Source: Chrysomallon squamiferum
Lineage: Eukaryota > Animalia > Mollusca
DNA length: 64,000 bases
Assembly: GCA_012295275.1 (NCBI GenBank)
Contig: CM022679.1
Coordinates: forward strand, 20,150,001-20,214,000
Direction of reading: 5' to 3'
Each line of letters opens with the position of its first letter. Within the stretch, counting starts at the first letter, position 1. The notes beneath the pieces are model-generated. The model did no database searches. It saw nothing but the letters and a program-made list of their open reading frames with translations, and was not told the origin of the DNA. Shown piece by piece: positions 47,009 to 60,053 of this stretch. The translations under genes were made by a program, and so were the position numbers.

Positions 47009-49814
47009 ATGAAAGATAAAATTAAAGAAAAAATACCTCGAATTGGTAAACCCCAGAAAAGTAGAAAGCACAAGAAATTAAAAGCCGACGATCCATTTTA
47101 TTTTGGGGAACGTAAAAACAAGTACGTATTTAAACTATTTTCGTTTTAAATAGCAAATGCATTGCAGTTTGATTATCAGCATTAAAATAATCGAACATAA
47201 ATACTAAACAAGTGAAATGGGAATTATGTTTGTATTAGCCATCATTATTACAGTATACATTTATTTCCTGTATTTTTTCAGTTTAAGTGCATTTCACACA
47301 AAAAACAAAGAACATTGGGTTTTTTGACATACATCCGCATCACAATCATGACAATGATAGTTATAAAGACAGTTGGTTTCATAAATTTAATCATGATTAT
47401 TGTTTCTATAAAAAAAAAAAAAAATATTCAGATGTAATAGAATAATGAAATCATAAATATATTACTCATAAATCAATAATAACATTTTTATTTATTTCAG
47501 ACGTTTAGAGGGTTTGAACCAGAAGCCAAAAAGTGATGAGCAAGAAATTCCCAAAAAGGTTCGGCTTATGATGGCTGGCAAAGGACCATACCAGCAATCA
47601 CAGAAACATAAGAATGGTATAATCACAAAAATGAATATAGATTATCAATTATTTTTCAAGATTTAGTCATTCACTTTGTTCAGATAGTGATTACAAAATC
47701 TTAAGCTTGAATTTCAGTCCTGCCATTACTCAAATAAAGCTCTTAGAAATTTTTTAATGCCAGTTTTTAACATACATAGTTACATTGTGTGAAAATAAAT
47801 TTACAGAGCATGCATCATCCAACAGTTATAACTGATAGGGCAGCAATGTTGTTAATTTTTTAAATTTTTTTATTTTATTTAGATATATAAAGTAAGATAA
47901 TCCAAGATATATACATATACAAATTTAAGAAAGGTGTACTTAATTTATATTGCTTGTCTTTTCTGGAAATGTTTGAAACAGAGATCATACATCACAAAAT
48001 GTCTGCCACAAAAAATGAATATATTTAAAAAATTTTATGACCTTTGAAAGAAAACAACTTTTAATTTTCATCTAGGAAGACATTTTCATTTCATTTCAGA
48101 ACATTTTAGGTTGCAAAGAGGAATGTCTCGACCATTAAAATCTGTTCCAAAATTTATACAAAACAAAAATGAGAGTGAACAGGCATTTCTTCATCGTGTT
48201 AATATGACTGCTGCTGATGTTGTAGGCAGATCACAAATGGAGGAAAAATTCAAGGTAAAAATGTAACAGTTTACACTGATTCCTGTTAGAAGAACTGAAT
48301 CAAAATCCCCAGTGTGAGAATTCAAATAAACTAATAATAAAATGCCCACTAAATTATTTTGAACAGCAGCACTAGATTGCAAACAATAGATTCTAAGAAA
48401 GTTGTATATATTTATGTCATTTTAAATGTATTTTTGTGATTTTAAGTTTTTAGGGTTTTTTAATATTTCTTTTTAATATTACAGGTTGATCTTGAAGATG
48501 TTGATGATCATACCACAGTTGTCATAAAACAGAAAAGTCTCAGAAAAAAGGAGTTAGTGTTTTTATCATTAAATGTGTTAATGACAAACATTAAATTTAA
48601 TTCATATCAGTCAGAGCAGAAGGTTTTTTCATTTACATTCTATTAATTATTTTACAGTGACATGTTTGTTTCCAATGTCTGACTTGCTGATGTAATGTGA
48701 CTGTTGTTTCAATAATTTTTAATATTATATTTGTTTTACTTTTCTTTTTATTTCTTTTATTTATTGTTATAAATTTAATTTTCATTTTGAAGTGTATTGC
48801 AAATTTAAACTTTTATTTATTTAAGGCTATATGTATTGAAAATAAGTTACCTTCTTAAGTTCTTGCCTGAAAATGCACAGACAAATTGGATATTTTGGTT
48901 TTAATTAAATAAATAAATTTATCTTTTTTAAGAAAGTTAAAGGAAAGAAAGAAGAAAAAAGCCCAGAAGAAATCAGAAAAGAGAGAAGAGAAGAAAAAAG
49001 ATTTCAATGTTTTTCAAGGTAAAAAGCATTGACAATAATATTAACATACTTCATGGCAATTTTATGTTAAGAGGTTTTGAGCATCTAGTTCAAAGATACT
49101 TTATACGTATATTATAGATATTTTATTTATTAATTTAGCTTCTTGTTTCTGTTTTTTTTCATCATAGTTTTAAGGACAGATAAATACAGACAGTTGGCTA
49201 TATTTGTTTTGTGTGTAATACTGCCGTTTTTCACATCCAGATCATGTGATGTTTGGAGAAACTGTCCATGCACCTCCTAGTATCAGCATTCTACCTAGAA
49301 AGGCAAAGAAAGATGACAGCTCAGCAAAGGTGACTTTCATTTTACACCTGAAATAAACTTATCACCATAAACTGTTGACTATAGTCTAGCCTAGGGCAGA
49401 ATGAATGACTGAATATTTTTCTTAAGATCGATTTTCATTTTGAATCATATACCAGCACACCAAGAACTGTGGCCAATTATGTAATATTTTTGTAATCATT
49501 CATTCAGGGGAATGTTTTTAGTTCTTTTTACAAATTCAGCATATCTGGCATACATGTATATTCAGAATATTAATGTTTTTGATTTACTTCATATTTTTCA
49601 GCCTGGAAAGAAGACACTATTGTTGAAACAAATCATACAAGATAATTCTGCACAGAATGCTGGTGTCACAGAAACATATAATAAAAGAAACATAGGTCAA
49701 ACTGTGAAAAGAAAACATTTGTCTCTGTGTCAGCAAGTGAAGTTGGACAGTGAGAGGACACGGGCTATTGAATTATACAGATCTACCAAGAATAAAAAAC
49801 AGAAATTGGAGTAA
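47009..49814 (+). CDS. CCDC137: Coiled-coil domain-containing protein 137-like (Lys-rich, nucleolar type), 7 exons, 279 aa
   Basis: Exons 47009-47121, 47501-47616, 48100-48254, 48485-48552, 48933-49018, 49241-49329 and 49602-49814 join in frame (840 nt). Blocks matching my recall of CCDC137: KPKSDEQEIPKKVR, VPKFIQNKNESEQAFLHRV, DHVMFGETVHAPP, PGKKTLLL, ERTRAIELYR. Confidence 0.82.
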
Positions 49815-52800
49815 TGTGCAGTAAACAGTTGTGTTTTTTTTTTTTATATGGCATGGGAAATATTTTGTTAATAGTAAACTACATGTATTCTGGTTAGTAA
49901 ACATACAACAACAATGGCACCTCTTCTTTTCTGAAATCCTCAGTATTCATTGATGTATTTGGCAACATGTTTTTATTTATCCTCCAAATCAATTTTCTAA
50001 AATGGATCTTGCTTTTGTGTTTAATAATATTATCATAACATATAGGTGTATTATGGTATTCTCAATATAGTAAAGATGACTTATATAACTGAGGAACTTA
50101 AAAATGGAGTTCTTAAATAACATTTCAGTTTCGAAATATGGAACAAAGATCTGGACATTATTTGATTCATTTTAAATTTCAAAAACACTTTTGTAAAGTA
50201 TATGGCATATAGAACATTTGTCAAGTACCAAAAATTAATGTATTGTGCATGTTATTAAAAAGAGTTTAGGAGGAATGAGCGATTGTGGGATTCATACAGA
50301 ATTAAAAGGTGGACAGGTAGTTATTCACATGGCTATAATATTTCATAAGATATCAATCACGTTAAAACTGTTTGCAAAGAAAATGTTACACAACCAATCT
50401 TTGCAGCCTCTGATTTAAACAAGCAGTTAAATTGTGTGTCCAAAAGATGGGGGTTAAAATTTAAGAGTTTTAAACATTGCATGCAACTCTAATATACGTA
50501 CATTTATTTGCACTCAATATAAATAGTGGTAGGATGCGGTAACTAGATAAAAATACAGCTTTTTGGGAGAAATATATTTATGGTTGCCAAAGATTAGCCA
50601 AAAAAATGATATTGGAGAACCAGCAATATCCATCCAATTTTCCATCAGAGGATACTTGGGCTTGTAAAATGGAACAATTTGTGCTTCATCTAAGATTTAT
50701 GGAGATGTTATTTTAAATAGTCAAGGATCCAACCCTCTCTTAAATTTACTTTTTCATTGTATTGTCAGTTTTGAGGGAAATAGTGTTAGCAGCTCTGTAA
50801 AGGTGGAACAGTAGATTCATATCGTAATATGCTGTTAAAAACTAGAAAATTGACTTCATGGTTTGACTTATTCCTGTGAAGAATATTATACTTAATTCAT
50901 TTGTTATATTCCATGTTACTGTTTGGTTTTAACTCCTAGAAAAAATTATCATCTGCTAAAAACAAACCAGTTGAAAGCATCATTGATTCAAAGACAGGAC
51001 AATTTGCTATGCACATAATCATTTTATCAAACTGTTTCATTGCTTGTGGCTTCAAAGTCAAGGTAAAGAGTTTTGTCACACTCCTAGTATGTTGTAAGAT
51101 CAAATCTTATTGAATTTTATTATTTATTTAATTACTCTTTTTTTTTAACCACACAAAAACATTAATTAATGTATTTAAAATTATTAAAGGCAATGAAATG
51201 GTCAAGATACATTGATTTAATAAAATGTCATTTTTTATGTGCAGAGTAATTTTATGTGTAATGATGAAATGTAAACGTTCAGAAGGCACTTTCTGATTAA
51301 TGTTTTAAAATGTTTTGTAGTCAAATGTAGCCAAACTTGGTGGTTTCTGAATAGAGTAATGCTTTTGTTTTCATAGTTAAATTTAAGAGACTGGGTTTGT
51401 TTGCACTTAAATATATTATTTTTTGGCTGTAAATCTACTATGGTACTAATAACAGTGCTTTCAAAATAGGTATCTCCAATTTGTTATTATTGTGTTTATC
51501 ACACTGGTTCATACACACAGACCAGAGAAAAAAGCTCCCTTAGATTATCCACAGTAATGAATCAAATTCAATTCTACAAAACAGTAGAATAACTAAATAT
51601 TTTGTACAGATTACTTTCATTATTATTTTTAAATTACAAAAAGAAAGAGAATTTAAGAAAGAGAATGAGTTAATGATAGACAGACAAACATATTGGAAAT
51701 TATCATTTATTGAATATCTTCTGAAGGTACTTACTGCTTAATATCTATTTCCCTGTCTGGCTGGTTACCTATCTACCTATGTAGGACTGATTGTTGGACT
51801 AATGGATGGTGGAAGGTTAGATATAAAGACAGAAAGACATAGATACAAAGAAACGGACATCTGTTATATATGAACGTAATTGGTCCAGTTGAACTGACGT
51901 TTATTTATTTATTTATTACTTAAAATGAATCTTGACTGTTCTAAAAGAAAACACGACTTATAGACCTTCCTGTGTGTATTGTATGGTGAATTGATTACAA
52001 GACTTAACAGAATCATTTTTTAAAATATTTTTTATACATATCTCTCTCTCTCTACATTTTTTTCCTAGTGTGTTCGCATTTTACAGAGAAAAATAATTTC
52101 AGTCATCTAAAGAAAATGTGAATCTTTACTGTATAACAATTACAATGACAATATAGTTTTATATATATAAGATAAATATAAAATAGATAAATAATTAGGA
52201 ATATTTGTCAAATAGGTTACGACCCCAGATGAGTTTATTGTTGTTGTTGGTGGTGGTATTATTATTATTATTGAACCGTGGGTTGTTCGCAGACACAGAA
52301 TTATTTAAATGAATGAATGAATAGCAAAAAAAAACATAAGGCCTTCTTTAAAATAAATAAGCAAAGAAGACTTTATCATAAATGCCATTATTATTATTAA
52401 TAATTTTATCCAATGACGTAATTTGTTTGGAATTTGTATCTTGAAAAAATAACCATGCTGTTGCTCCAATAATGAAAAACTGGAACTTTTGGATAATTTC
52501 AGTGTCTTTGCATAAACTTCCATTTAATATGGTAATCGTATACTAACCATAACATCGCTGGAAATTATTATTATTATTAGGGACTTTATAATATTTAAAA
52601 AAATGTCGAAACAAAATTATTAAGTATACGTTACAGATATGATAATTAGCATTGTTTGAGTATTTGAATATAAACATTTAATAATGTTTATATTTTTTAA
52701 TTCATTTGTAATGCATATAATTATAAATTATAAACAACAGTCAACATTTTCCAGGTAAAAAAGAAAACATCAGCATTTCCTGAAATTTCAGTATTCAGTG

Positions 52801-54557
52801 TGAAATCCAAAGAGTGTTTTGGCATCAGTAAAGAAAAATGTTAATGTTACAGATTCTAATCAGAAATTCGAAATGACATTTTCAAGGTAGGGAAAAGAAA
52901 CCATTTAGTTTTGTAAGAATTATTCAACAAATCAACATCAAGGCTGTAACCTTTTTATTCAGGAATTAAGAGTACAGTTTCTACAGTAACATAATTTGAA
53001 TTGTCTCAGTAGGTACACTGAAATAATGAACCGCAATCTTGTAACATTTATTTTTATTGTGACTAATTTTCATCTAAATTGTCAAACAAATTTAATACCA
53101 TAAGGACACCTATCATGACAATTAAAATCAATATCATCATCATAAATATTTATTTCCGGGATGTTATAAAATTTGTATAAAAGCTCAAAACAAAATTATT
53201 AAGAAAAAGTTACAGCTGTTATAAGTTGCAATGTCTTTGTAATTTAACACCTACAAAAAGATATGTGCTATCTGTTATCAATGTACAAATTGTGACTATC
53301 ACAATGAAAAATGACTATTATTAAAACCACCCTAGACAAAAGTTAATATTTTAAAATAAAATCCTGGTGTCCTTATTAAGCTAGGCCACAAAAACAATCC
53401 GTGGCGAAAATAACACAGACACCTACTGAAAGACACATTTTGATCTTCAGGGAAAGGACCTGCAACTTGGTATTAGCAATAAATCTAATGAATTATGTTC
53501 ACAATTTGGCTTTTTCAGTCATTGTTGGAAATATATAAAAGTTTTAATTTTATTACTACACATCCTATTCTGTGGTTTTTCATCTAACGTATAAATATGG
53601 TACCAAAGTATCGATTTTGGATTCTGTTTATGTCTGAGCCAATTTTATAATTGTGAGTGTGTTGCTTTTACAGTATTAAAATATATAACAACTGTGTGAA
53701 AATAAAGACTGAATACAATTGCGGTCGTAATGAAATCAAAATAAAATGATTGAGTATAATATTCAACGAAGTAACTATGTCCTGTTGCGATCAAGACCGC
53801 AGGTGTTAGTGCGTTCTGTCAGTAATTGTTATCAACAATTAATACATGTCAAATGGAATATATTTTGGTTTTTCCAGTTGTTATTTTAAATTATCGAGGA
53901 ACCTACCTTTTCTTAAATTTGGTTTTTCGCAATACTGTCAGTTTTAAGGGAAATACTGTTAGCAATTCTATTAAGGGGAAAAGTATAGATTTCATGGCGT
54001 AACCGTTATTCCTGCGATTCCTTACAATTAATTCATTTATAATTTTCCATATTTATGTTCGGTTTTCACTATTAAAAACGATTTATTATCTGTTAATAAC
54101 GAACTTTTATTTGAAAGCGCCATTGCTTAAATTATTTGACACAACTTCGAATCATATCACCAGTACCCCATGATAAAGCATGTTTGAAATTTTCAGTTAA
54201 AAACCTTATAAAATACTGAGTGTGTTCGACGGTGAGTGAAAGGTTTATGATGGGGAACTCAAGGAATGTCCTGGTCGTGAAGGGCTGTCATAATACCCAA
54301 CTGTGATAACGCGACTGCTGATAATATACCTGTAAGGCAGTGGTATCTATAGAATAAAAATGGCTGCTATAACAGAATCCGAAATTAAAACAAAGGCATA
54401 TTTTCATTTCAGCTGTTAATAAATAACTAAATAACTAAAAAAGTTCACCGCAAATTCAAAATGCATATATAAGGGACCTAAAATCATCAGTGAAGCTGTC
54501 AGAATTTTTTGTTTTATCACAAAACTTTTGTTACGGGGATTTCATTGGTCACACTCT

Positions 54558-54720
54558 GAGTGTCCTCTGGCGGTGAACGGATCAGACGGACATTTGGGTG
54601 CCTGCCGCTGCTTCTCCACCAGATATAAATCGTGTTTTGGCTAATTTCTGCCAGACATTCGGAGAACCAGCAACAGCCATCCAAATGTCCGTCTGAGCGG
54701 TTTTCCGCCAGAGGAGACTC
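54558..54720. repeat. GC-rich inverted repeat (60-bp arms, 43-bp spacer), probably a palindromic MITE
   Basis: 54558-54617 aligns without gaps to the reverse complement of 54661-54720 at 50 of 60 positions (counted by hand). Confidence 0.85.
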
Positions 54721-54974
54721 GGGCTAGAGCAGCACTTAATTCCAGTGAAACAATTTCAGTCAGCCGTCCATTCAGCTGAATTGTTACCTCCTAACCAACA
54801 AACAAGCCTGTCTTTAATGTAACGGCTTAGTGAATATATGTCTATATATAATTAAAAACTATTTATAATGAATCTAGCTAGAATATAATAATTTGTTATT
54901 TATTCATATTTTAGGCATAAATTTTAACTAAACTATTCCAATTACAGTTCATCAAGCTAATACAGATTGACATA

Positions 54975-54976
54975 AC

Positions 54977-55020
<44 letters not shown>

Positions 55021-55035
55021 CAACAACAACAACAA
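54975..55035. repeat. (TAA)n/(CAA)n compound microsatellite
   Basis: Directly visible; a similar compound run lies at about 59780-59860. Confidence 0.9.
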
Positions 55036-55838
55036 AAAAAAAAAAAAAAACCCACCGTTCCTTGTGTTTAATCTTTTCAGTTGCAGATGCCTGTCAGAGT
55101 TTGTCTGTGTATGGTGCACAACAAGACAGATGACATGGAAGAAAACGTAGAAACTGGAACAGGACCGCTAATTTACAGTACAGACAGTCAGTCTGGTGGT
55201 GCACGGAACACCTCATATCATTGACTCGTACAAAACCAAACAATACAGAGAATGGGTACTTGTAATTGCACACTGACATCAGACTTTCGTATATATAATT
55301 ATATACACTAAGTTTTACAATATATCTGTCCTTTATTTTCATCAATAGTTTTCCTGCACTGATTTGACTCTCAAAAGATATTACTATGAAAAGACATTAA
55401 GGAAAATACAAAACTTCTTTGATCGTTTGATTTCAGAATATATAAAATATTCGTGATGAAGAGAGAGATGCACGCCAGAAGAATACACTGTTGTTGTTAT
55501 TTTGTGTGTGCGTTTTTCAATTTTTTTAAATGAAGTAACCCAGCTGATGGTTGATTTTTTTTTTTTTTTTTTTTTTAAATAGACTTCTGCTTATAGAAGT
55601 TTATTGTTTGTTGGATTTTTTTTTATTTAATTCATTATTATTATTATTATTACTTTTTTAATCATCTTCATGGTTTAAAAGACGGATATATATTATCAAA
55701 AAGCCTCATGCTTAATGCTCTTCACAAAGTTCTTCATCGTGATTTGTATTAGGTATCTTTGATGTTTCCAAGTGAAGTTTAGAGATGCATACAATGTTAG
55801 ATACTAAATGTTATAGATATAATGTCAACAAAGATGTT

Positions 55839-58490
55839 TTATTCTGTCTCAATCGCCGTAACGAAACGTTGCCAGAAGATTTCAGTATTTTCTTCAGGTA
55901 TGTACTCAATATATGAATCGTTCTGAATCAAGTTTAGTATTTCGTGTGGAATATACCGACTAGGAATCCTGTCCAGCATGAGAACAAGTAAAACATCTCT
56001 CCCAGTGTGCACAGACTCGTGAAGTGCCATCTGCATTTCATACTCACACCATTCACTCCGTAGGAAATGCCTGGACAGTACGAGCACGGTTTTTCTGCTC
56101 TCTTTCACCGACTTTACTATGTTCGAAGCTATCGGGTGGCCAGGAAGAAAATCTCTCTTGTGAATTATCAGTTTTTTACCTCTCCTCTTTTCCACCATTG
56201 TTATCATCTCTCTGTGTACGAAATTTTCGTCTCCTTCAGCGTATGAAATGAAAGCATCGAACTGGAAATTGGTTCTGGATTCTGGTTTGTTTTGGAAATG
56301 TTTAAAATGATTCATGGCACCGAAGTACCAGTATCGAAGTTTCCAGCGAAACCGGTACATCACACCAACAATGAAAATAGTGAGAAACGTAAGTACCGCG
56401 ACAAAACTGCCAACAGCTAAACCAAAGTAGTTTGCACACCTGTTGTCTAGCATGGCAATTACATTTTCAAAATCTGTTATATTTATCGGATTACTTTCAG
56501 CATCTAAACAAAGATAAAGTTCCTTATTCACGTGCTTCACTTTTGAATTTGTTAGCCACTTTAAAAACGGTAAGTTAAAACATTCACATTTGAGGGGATT
56601 CTGGCTAAGGTCGATAGTTACGGAATGGTTTTGTGTTTCGGCGATGCTGTCCAGATCTGAAGTAACTTGTTCGGTCAGATAACGCAGCTGATTTCTAGAA
56701 AGGTCGATTAAATGAAGATTTTTCAAATGATTCAACCGTATAGGTGCTTTATACAGTCCATTAAGTGATAGGTTTAGAAAAATCAAATTTTGAAATCCCT
56801 GGAATACCAAAGGAGGCAACCGATGTATATTATTTTGGTTGAGATGGATGAACTGTAGTGATGGCATATTTCTGAAAAGTCTTCCTTCTTCATCGTCTAT
56901 TAATGATTTGTAGATATTATTATTCGAGATATCCAAAGTTTGTAAAGATGTCAATGTTTGAAAAAAATCTGGATGAATCTGTGAAGCTAAATTATAAGAC
57001 AGATTCAGGTAGATAATTTTGTCAAGACCTCTAATAGGTCCATTCCAAAACGCAAGAATATTGTAGGAGAAATCAACATGGGTCAAACTGTTCGGTCCGA
57101 CAATTACTTGTGTTATGTTATACCACAGCTGAGAAAAAGTGTATGTTAAGTTGGTTAAATTAGGCGGAAGACACCACACTGGAGGCTTGCACAAACTAGA
57201 ATCTTCATCCATGTTTCTTAATTTCTTAGTATTCTGTTTACTTGTAATTTTGTTGCTTGCTGATTTCGAACAGGATGCTCCGGAGAATACTTCCTCTTCG
57301 TAATTCGCCGTGAGAAATACTAAATCAGGTGAAGGTACGGAACCAGCGTGTTTTTCTCCACTAAGATAAATCTCGCGTAGTCCACTAACAAACTTGAGAT
57401 CGGTGATGTATCTACCAAACATCAGTTTTGTATTTTCTAATGAGATCTTGGTCAGACTAGTTGGCAAATACTTTAGTGCTCCATGCTCTACGTATTCAAT
57501 TGCATTATCGTCAGCGTATATTTCTTGTACCTTAGTGTTATTCAAGTATTCCAAGTCCACTTTAGTAATAACCACACATCGGTCGTATATTCCAACTATA
57601 GCACTGATATTTAGAATGCGAAGTGTTGAGTTTTGTAAGCCAAAAGAACCGATACCAAAATTACAAAATTTCAGCTGTGTGTTATATGAAAGATCTAGAA
57701 CATCCAACGACGATTTGAGAGGAGAGAATGTATCGAGATCGATGTATCTCAGGTCACAATGTGACAAGTTCAGTCGCCGTAGATATTTCATGTTAATAAA
57801 GGTCGTGTTAAATAGAAACTGTATCGAACAGTTTCCTTCTTGGCCAGCCAAGCTGAGATGTGTAAGAGAAGAGAGGTTTGAAAATCCTTCTCCAAAACTT
57901 TGGTTCGTTAACCCGTCCAGGTAAAGATGTTCCAGAGACAATAATTCAGAAATCGCCTTGTCGGGATACCGCAAACTGTTTTCTGATTTCAGAATGTTAT
58001 TATTGTTATTTAATTTCAGAATGTTCAAATTCTTCAAGGGCTTAAAAATTCCATATTCGAAAACACTGTCCATGTATTTCAGTTTGTTGCCGGCTAAATT
58101 CAAAGACTGTAAATAGCTTAAATTGCGAAAACTTCCATTTTCCATTTTCTTGATGACGTTGAACGCCAAGTTCAGCACTGTGAGATTAACATATTTCGAG
58201 AAACATCCTGATGTTAGAGTTGACAGGTGATTGAAATCCAGACGCAAAACGTTGATGTTGTTTGGAAGAGATGGAACTGTTGTGAGATTTCTTCCCGTGC
58301 AGTCGGCCACAAGGTCATCTGCTTTTGCTCTGTAGCAGACACATGGTTCACATTGTTGTCTTGTTTGGTGAACTCCGTATGACGTCTTATATTTATCAGC
58401 AACCAAACTCACTGCGACTCTTTCTGACTCAGTGTGGGAAATCGTAGAAAATCCCAATATTGAGGTAAGAATCATTAGACTGACCATCAT
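55839..58490 (-). CDS. Toll-like receptor (signal peptide, LRRNT, LRRs, LRRCT, TM helix, TIR domain), single coding exon, 883 aa
   Basis: Uninterrupted ORF. Hydrophobic N-terminus; LRRNT CEPCVC...ADCTGRNLTTVP; many LxxLxLxxN repeats; LRRCT NPLKCEC; TM GLAVGSFVAVLTFLTIFIVGVMY; TIR box 1 FDAFISY and BB loop HKRDFLPG, plus SRKTVLVLSRHFLRSEWCEYE and box 3 FW. Confidence 0.96.
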   Translation of the reverse strand: MMVSLMILTSILGFSTISHTESERVAVSLVADKYKTSYGVHQTRQQCEPCVCYRAKADDLVADCTGRNLTTVPSLPNNINVLRLDFNHLSTLTSGCFSKYVNLTVLNLAFNVIKKMENGSFRNLSYLQSLNLAGNKLKYMDSVFEYGIFKPLKNLNILKLNNNNNILKSENSLRYPDKAISELLSLEHLYLDGLTNQSFGEGFSNLSSLTHLSLAGQEGNCSIQFLFNTTFINMKYLRRLNLSHCDLRYIDLDTFSPLKSSLDVLDLSYNTQLKFCNFGIGSFGLQNSTLRILNISAIVGIYDRCVVITKVDLEYLNNTKVQEIYADDNAIEYVEHGALKYLPTSLTKISLENTKLMFGRYITDLKFVSGLREIYLSGEKHAGSVPSPDLVFLTANYEEEVFSGASCSKSASNKITSKQNTKKLRNMDEDSSLCKPPVWCLPPNLTNLTYTFSQLWYNITQVIVGPNSLTHVDFSYNILAFWNGPIRGLDKIIYLNLSYNLASQIHPDFFQTLTSLQTLDISNNNIYKSLIDDEEGRLFRNMPSLQFIHLNQNNIHRLPPLVFQGFQNLIFLNLSLNGLYKAPIRLNHLKNLHLIDLSRNQLRYLTEQVTSDLDSIAETQNHSVTIDLSQNPLKCECFNLPFLKWLTNSKVKHVNKELYLCLDAESNPINITDFENVIAMLDNRCANYFGLAVGSFVAVLTFLTIFIVGVMYRFRWKLRYWYFGAMNHFKHFQNKPESRTNFQFDAFISYAEGDENFVHREMITMVEKRRGKKLIIHKRDFLPGHPIASNIVKSVKESRKTVLVLSRHFLRSEWCEYEMQMALHESVHTGRDVLLVLMLDRIPSRYIPHEILNLIQNDSYIEYIPEENTEIFWQRFVTAIETE

Positions 58491-58925
58491 ATCTAGAACC
58501 GAACTAAATAAATAAATTAATTAAATAGCAATAATAGATAAAATAACGTGAATTTGTACCGTCGAAAGATGCATACATATAATTAAACATAGATATATAC
58601 ACTTGTGATGGAACAAATTCAGAATAAGATGTTTAAGTGTGCTTGTATACATATACATAGATATTCATAAATACAAACATGCGTAACATTTATATCTGTT
58701 CTATTTTCCCTATGAATAGGTAATAAAATAACACCCATTTATTCACTTTTTTACTTCCTTGTCCGAATCTGCGATCATTTATATATATAAATATTTTTAA
58801 TTAAATATTAACCACTAATTATTAAATAAAAGAGAAATAATATATTTTAATGAAACAACAATTAATCAGTGATAAAACAATAATAATAAATCGTTAATAA
58901 GAGCGAGAAAAAGAGGAAATATTTT

Positions 58926-59121
58926 ACCATGGATTTGAAATTCTAATGTGAGTCACCTCTGAATACAAAAGGGAAGGAAGACTAGCTGTTCAGTTTGACA
59001 AGGTAATAACTCATGTTCTTTAGCTGGATACGACTGTCTCGGGGATTCCCCTAATACCAGTCGTGGGCAGGTTACTACCCGAGTTGGCTTGCTCAGGACT
59101 GAATGTGTAGCATACTTTATA
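58926..59121 (-). promoter_or_regulatory. Putative TLR promoter / 5'-UTR exon with kappaB and AP-1 sites
   Basis: Palindromic GGGGATTCCCC at 59041-59051, TGAGTCA at 58949-58955, minus-strand TATAAA at 59116-59121, and a candidate donor GTAAAA at 58927. Candidate acceptors lie just upstream of the TLR ATG (TAG at 58493-58495 and 58504-58506). Confidence 0.5.
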
Positions 59122-59792
59122 AATTACATGAACAAATCAATCCCCTAGGTAGACTGATTTGACTTGAACAAAGACAGAATGTCCTATTGTTTGAAATATT
59201 TTATCAGCTTGAAACCAACTGTAGAAAAAGTAATAATAATAATATTTTTTAAAACTCAATCATCTTTTTAGTAAAATATTAGAAAAGAGAACATTTTTTT
59301 TTGTCCTAGTGAAAAAGAAATAACACAGAGAAAGCGCAGACATTAGTAACACAATATAATCTGTAAATGCGATACCTACCGTTGTATTAATCAGAAATAT
59401 TTAAACTTTCGTTGACACTTTATTTATCATCCGACGAAATAATTTAACATTTTACTTCTTCAAATGGCGTTTCATTTGTAAGTGGGCTATATGACACTGA
59501 AGAATGCACATGAGATATGAGTGCGCATAGTGCACTGTTTTAGAAAAGAGGCTAAACTCAATAGCCTAACGGAGCGGCGGGTTATTTTATTAGTGCATGT
59601 AGTTTTTTGATAATAATCCGCGCAGAAAAAATACTGCATAAATATTCTGACGAAGTAAAATCAAAAGAATAACCAACGTATAAATGAATATACTGTAGTT
59701 TGTATTATAATTCTTTTTATTTATATATCGTGGGCATGGGTTTAATGCAAGATTTTACCTCGTCATTTTCATGACGAAAAAACAACAACAAC

Positions 59793-59839
<47 letters not shown>

Positions 59840-60053
59840 TAACAATAACAATAACAACAAATAAATAAATAAAAAGTTATCCTACTCTAAGTTTATTAAC
59901 CATATAACAAACAGTCTGCAGTATTTATTACATCTGAGTATTTTTAATAGTCAAGCGTTAGAACATGACAATAATCAAGTTACACATAAAACAATAATAC
60001 GAGCATCCTGGTTTGAATGACGAGGTCATTGCATAGTGTAATTTTTGATGATT

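Noticed and set aside
47882-47933. Possible extra CCDC137 exon (AG...GT bounded)
   Set aside because: It has an immediate stop in the required phase, and the flanking exons join in frame without it.
53100-53376. 11-bp inverted repeat ATAAGGACACC / GGTGTCCTTAT
   Set aside because: Too short, with no extension or TSD; it cannot be called a MITE without copy-number data.
56024-57924. Plus-strand ORFs of 75 and 176 aa
   Set aside because: Antisense shadows of the TLR coding sequence.
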